A stretch of DNA of 64,000 nucleotides from assembly GCA_965200155.1 (NCBI GenBank), contig CBDATR010000010.1:384001-448000 (forward strand), written 5' to 3'. A program made the position numbers and the translations under genes. Source of the stretch: Nitrosopumilaceae archaeon (GTDB lineage: Archaea > Thermoproteota > Nitrososphaeria > Nitrososphaerales > Nitrosopumilaceae). Of the stretch, positions 60,668 through 64,000 are shown piece after piece; position 1 is the stretch's first letter, and each line of letters opens with the position of its first letter. The notes below the pieces were generated by a model that was not told where the DNA came from, searched no databases, and saw only the letters and a list, made by a program, of their open reading frames with translations.

Positions 60668-62026
60668 ATGGAGTACATGGCTATACTGCCTATAGATGGT
60701 GGGAGGTATGGATCACCAAAGATGCTGGCCATATTCGAGAGTCAGCGTAAGATTGACTATCAGATACAGATAGAGGGCGCGGTAGCCTTGGCTCAGGGGG
60801 AACTGGGAATAATACCAAAAAAAGCGGCCTCAGAGATAGCCTATGCAGCAGTGCCCGGTGAGATATCTGAGCAAAGGATTGCCGAGCTGGAGGCTGCAAG
60901 TGATCATGACACCGCGGCGTTGGTGGAGGCGCTGGCCGAAAAGTGTACGCCCGATGCTAGACCCTGGATTCATTATGGTCTAACCAGTAATGATTTGGTA
61001 GACACAAGCAACTCCATGCAGATGCGTGATGCCATGAAAATAATTCTGCCAAAGATTGGACAGTTGGCATTTGTACTGGCGCAAAGAGCGCAGCAATACT
61101 CACAATTGCCCTCGGTGGGACGAACGCATGGTCAACATGCCAGTGTGGTGTCTTTTGGTCTAAAGTTTGCCAATTGGGCAGAAGAGATGCTGCAGCATAT
61201 GCGCCGTATGCGCCAAATGGCTCCCCGCACACTAATGTGCAAAACGCTGGGTGTGGTAGGTACGGGCTCCTTGATGGGTCATAAAGCCGTACAGGTACAG
61301 AGTATTGTGGCCAAAAAGCTGGATCTCCCGCCGGCCGTGGTAACTACACAAGTAATAGCCAGGGAACGATACGCGGAGTTTGTATTCACACACGCATTGC
61401 TGGGCTCTACCCTGGACAAGATGGCAGTAGAAATACGTAACCTGCAGAGAACGGAGATAGGTGAGGTATCTGAGCGTTTCCGCAAGGGACAGATGGGGAG
61501 TAGTGCCGTTCCTGTCAAGCGTAATCCAATAAAGAGCGAGCGCATATCCTCCTTGGCCCGGCTGTTGCGTAGCCACGTTAGTATGGCCTTTGAGAATATA
61601 CCTCTCTGGCATGAAAGGGACCTTTCAAATTCTGCCAATGAACGATTCATCCTCCCTCTTGTGCCAACAATAACTGATGAAATACTCCAGACGATGATTA
61701 ATGTGATAAGTCACTTGGTAGTACACGAGGATCGCGTAAGGGCTAACCTGAATATCACCGCGGGTCAGATTTATGCTGAGTTTGTTCTGGACGCAATGAT
61801 CAAGTCGGGAATTCCGCGATTCAAGGCATACCGTGATGTTCAAAGAGTCGCCTTTGCGGCCAGGGAGAGTGGTACTGACTTTCAAAGCGCGATAATGGCC
61901 GATGAGGCCATATCATCTAATCTAAGCGGGGAGCAAATTGGCGCCATATTCAAACCGGAGAGTCATCTGGGCGCATCATCTGCCATTATACGTTCTGTAG
62001 TGGATGTGGTCAACTCAGAAACTTGA
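60668..62026 (+). CDS. purB: Adenylosuccinate lyase
   Basis: HYGLTSND, GRTHGQHA, GSSAVPVKRNP, WHERDLSNS. Confidence 0.96.
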   Translation: MEYMAILPIDGGRYGSPKMLAIFESQRKIDYQIQIEGAVALAQGELGIIPKKAASEIAYAAVPGEISEQRIAELEAASDHDTAALVEALAEKCTPDARPWIHYGLTSNDLVDTSNSMQMRDAMKIILPKIGQLAFVLAQRAQQYSQLPSVGRTHGQHASVVSFGLKFANWAEEMLQHMRRMRQMAPRTLMCKTLGVVGTGSLMGHKAVQVQSIVAKKLDLPPAVVTTQVIARERYAEFVFTHALLGSTLDKMAVEIRNLQRTEIGEVSERFRKGQMGSSAVPVKRNPIKSERISSLARLLRSHVSMAFENIPLWHERDLSNSANERFILPLVPTITDEILQTMINVISHLVVHEDRVRANLNITAGQIYAEFVLDAMIKSGIPRFKAYRDVQRVAFAARESGTDFQSAIMADEAISSNLSGEQIGAIFKPESHLGASSAIIRSVVDVVNSET

Positions 62027-62759
62027 TTACGTTTCGGTGTATGCGTGTTCCATACTGCATGGCCTTCTTTTTGCGCCAGCACACGGTGGGTGGAATTCCA
62101 AGACTCTCCGCGGCCGACCGTATGGCATGTTTTCGTATATAGTCGTTGGATCCCCGTATCTTCTGGTGTAATGGTACGCTCCATGAATATCTCACAAACT
62201 CCGTAGATAGTAGTGGCTGCATCATCCTGACCCCGTTGTCTTTCACTACTCGCTCTATGGCTGCCAACATGGCAATCTCGTTTACAGTCTTTGCATGCAT
62301 GGCGGAGTATATTGCACTGCTCCCATTGTGGTATATGCGTCTGTATAGGTCATACCCGCAAAACAGCTCATCTATACCATTTGCTGTTACCACCACATCG
62401 AATCTCTTCTGATATGCCAGCGCCGTTATGAAGTGAAATGCAATGCAGTTCTCGTGCCATGATAATATGTCTGTGTGAAGGGCGTCTCTCACTTTGCGAA
62501 CAGTCTTGTGCAGCATGTCTTGTTCCAGTGTGAGGGTGTGATGGGGCAGGCCCAGCATTCCGGAGACCTCTGTCGCAACACTAACATCGTGGCTTCCCTC
62601 AAAACCTATTGTTAGTAGCGTAACTTCATGAGAGTCGCGACAAATCTGCGCCACAAGGCTACTGTCCACCCCTCCGGAGAATGCCACTGCCACCCTTTGT
62701 GGCATATCACAGGCACTAATACTACATCTCATGTGCCGCAGTAAACTGGCACTGTCCAT
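62010..62759 (-). CDS. Asparagine synthase C-terminal domain protein (no glutaminase domain)
   Basis: AFSGGVDSS PP-loop, NG.DELFCGY, K..IR, R.KKAMQYG. Confidence 0.85.
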   Translation of the reverse strand: MDSASLLRHMRCSISACDMPQRVAVAFSGGVDSSLVAQICRDSHEVTLLTIGFEGSHDVSVATEVSGMLGLPHHTLTLEQDMLHKTVRKVRDALHTDILSWHENCIAFHFITALAYQKRFDVVVTANGIDELFCGYDLYRRIYHNGSSAIYSAMHAKTVNEIAMLAAIERVVKDNGVRMMQPLLSTEFVRYSWSVPLHQKIRGSNDYIRKHAIRSAAESLGIPPTVCWRKKKAMQYGTRIHRNVIKFLS

Positions 62760-62817
62760 GAAAGGGAATATTCCTGTTTTGGCAATTATGTTTTTGCAGA
62801 TTATGCTTGTGCATGAA

Positions 62818-63618
62818 TCACTTGGATAGCCAGTGACGGGCTGCCAATATGCCTGGCACAGATGCCGCAAGTACCAGGATTATGGCGTCAAACTCTGGTA
62901 TTGCGTGGGTACCGGTAATCCTGACTTCCCCATATTCGGCTGGCGGATATGTTATGCGGATTGTGCGCATCTGTGTGTCCTCCTGTGTTTCCTGGAATGG
63001 CACCATTACATCATTGTTGTCAGTTACCGCAAAGGGTGCATCAAAGTCCCCGTTCTTGGAGTCTAGCAGATATCTTGGAATTTGCACGGTCAGTATGCCG
63101 TCATCTGTACCGTCTACTGTCATTATGATGGTGTGTTCGTGTAGTTGGGCGGAGATGGGAACAGCTCCCCCACTCTGGGTTACTTGCATGCAATGGGAGC
63201 CGTGAACTCCTGCGTCTAGTGTCACAAAGCCGTTCCCGCACTGGCCTATCAGAACTCTTATGGTGTGTGGCGTGGAGTCCGGACCGGCGCGTGCGGTGAT
63301 TGTATAGGTGCCCTCTGTCTTCCAATAGGGACCGCTGGCTTGCATGTTGGTCCGGAACATGCCCTCCTGGTCTGGATACACCTGTTCCACCGCGGCTATG
63401 TTTCCCATGGGGTTCAGTACAAGTATGGTTACTTCATTGCCTGTGTTCTGGGTATATCCGTTTATGAAAATCACCGAGTCCGGATCAAATTTGGTATCAT
63501 CAGTCCATATGGCGACGCCATTACTGGTGCCAATATCCTGCATGCCATCAGGACACTCATTGCAGGATGCCCACGCCAGCGGCACGTACAGTACTAGTGC
63601 CAGCAACAATACCTTCAA
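62818..63618 (-). CDS. Secreted protein with PEFG-CTERM-like anchor (IPEFD)
   Basis: Signal peptide; IPR.LLDS, I.GT.AIPEF + TM. Confidence 0.8.
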   Translation of the reverse strand: MKVLLLALVLYVPLAWASCNECPDGMQDIGTSNGVAIWTDDTKFDPDSVIFINGYTQNTGNEVTILVLNPMGNIAAVEQVYPDQEGMFRTNMQASGPYWKTEGTYTITARAGPDSTPHTIRVLIGQCGNGFVTLDAGVHGSHCMQVTQSGGAVPISAQLHEHTIIMTVDGTDDGILTVQIPRYLLDSKNGDFDAPFAVTDNNDVMVPFQETQEDTQMRTIRITYPPAEYGEVRITGTHAIPEFDAIILVLAASVPGILAARHWLSK

Positions 63619-63759
63619 CGGATATTTATAATCGGTGTCATATTAAACGCCTTGCTCATACGGGATAATTTGCGCCCTAAATGACCGGGTCTGTCGGACA
63701 AGACCGGGGAGATTCAATCTATAAGATTCATAAAGCAAATAGACACAACACCAAAAAAC

Positions 63760-64000
63760 ATGGTCGCCACCGCGGACTCTTTTGGATCCCTAGAGTATGT
63801 GCTGGATGAGTTTTCCAACGCATGGAGCTGGAAGATCACCGGGTCTCGTGCAGTGAGCATGATCTCGAATTTGGTGCCTGAGGCGTGGTATGGGTACAAT
63901 GACAACGAAGCAATAATACCGGATAACACCGAGTGTGTAGAAAAGATACGGTGGATGGTGGAACGCTATCCATTGGAGATACTCTCCAAATCCGCATGGC
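63760..64000 (+). CDS. N-terminus of a probable SNF2/DEAD-box helicase (3' truncated)
   Basis: Open frame MVATADSFGSLEYVLDEFSNAWSWKITG...RYPLEILSK; resembles the N-terminus of thaumarchaeal helicases from memory; no helicase motif inside the window. Confidence 0.5.
   Translation, partial: MVATADSFGSLEYVLDEFSNAWSWKITGSRAVSMISNLVPEAWYGYNDNEAIIPDNTECVEKIRWMVERYPLEILSKSAW

Overview
This is a chromosomal segment of an ammonia-oxidising archaeon (Nitrososphaerota, Nitrosopumilaceae/Cenarchaeum-like). The assignment rests on 4-hydroxybutyryl-CoA dehydratase, a thiolase/DUF35 pair, PEFG-CTERM surface proteins, the cox cluster with a blue-copper protein, cobalamin genes, lysWXK, archaeal dnaG, rps19e and rpl10e. 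Most of the window is housekeeping genes plus one tRNA-Arg(TCG). The intergenic space holds a dense, nested and entirely defective mobilome: 12 copies of a 92-101 bp IS66-type MITE (TIR GTATGAGTTCAC, 8-bp TSD), two IS66 pseudo-elements and a 378-bp IS66 deletion derivative, three IS481 copies (16-bp TSD on two), two IS5/IS903-group copies and IS630 remnants. The most notable observations are: (1) a recurrent short palindromic 'scar' (about RGAACCGGTTCY) that replaces about 6 bp of target at several independent sites; (2) a two-MITE composite mini-transposon flanked by a single TSD; (3) a wHTH + ATP-cone + catalytically dead class III RNR fusion; (4) a LysW ending in EDWGQ instead of EDWGE. All calls are by eye from motifs; no database searches were run.
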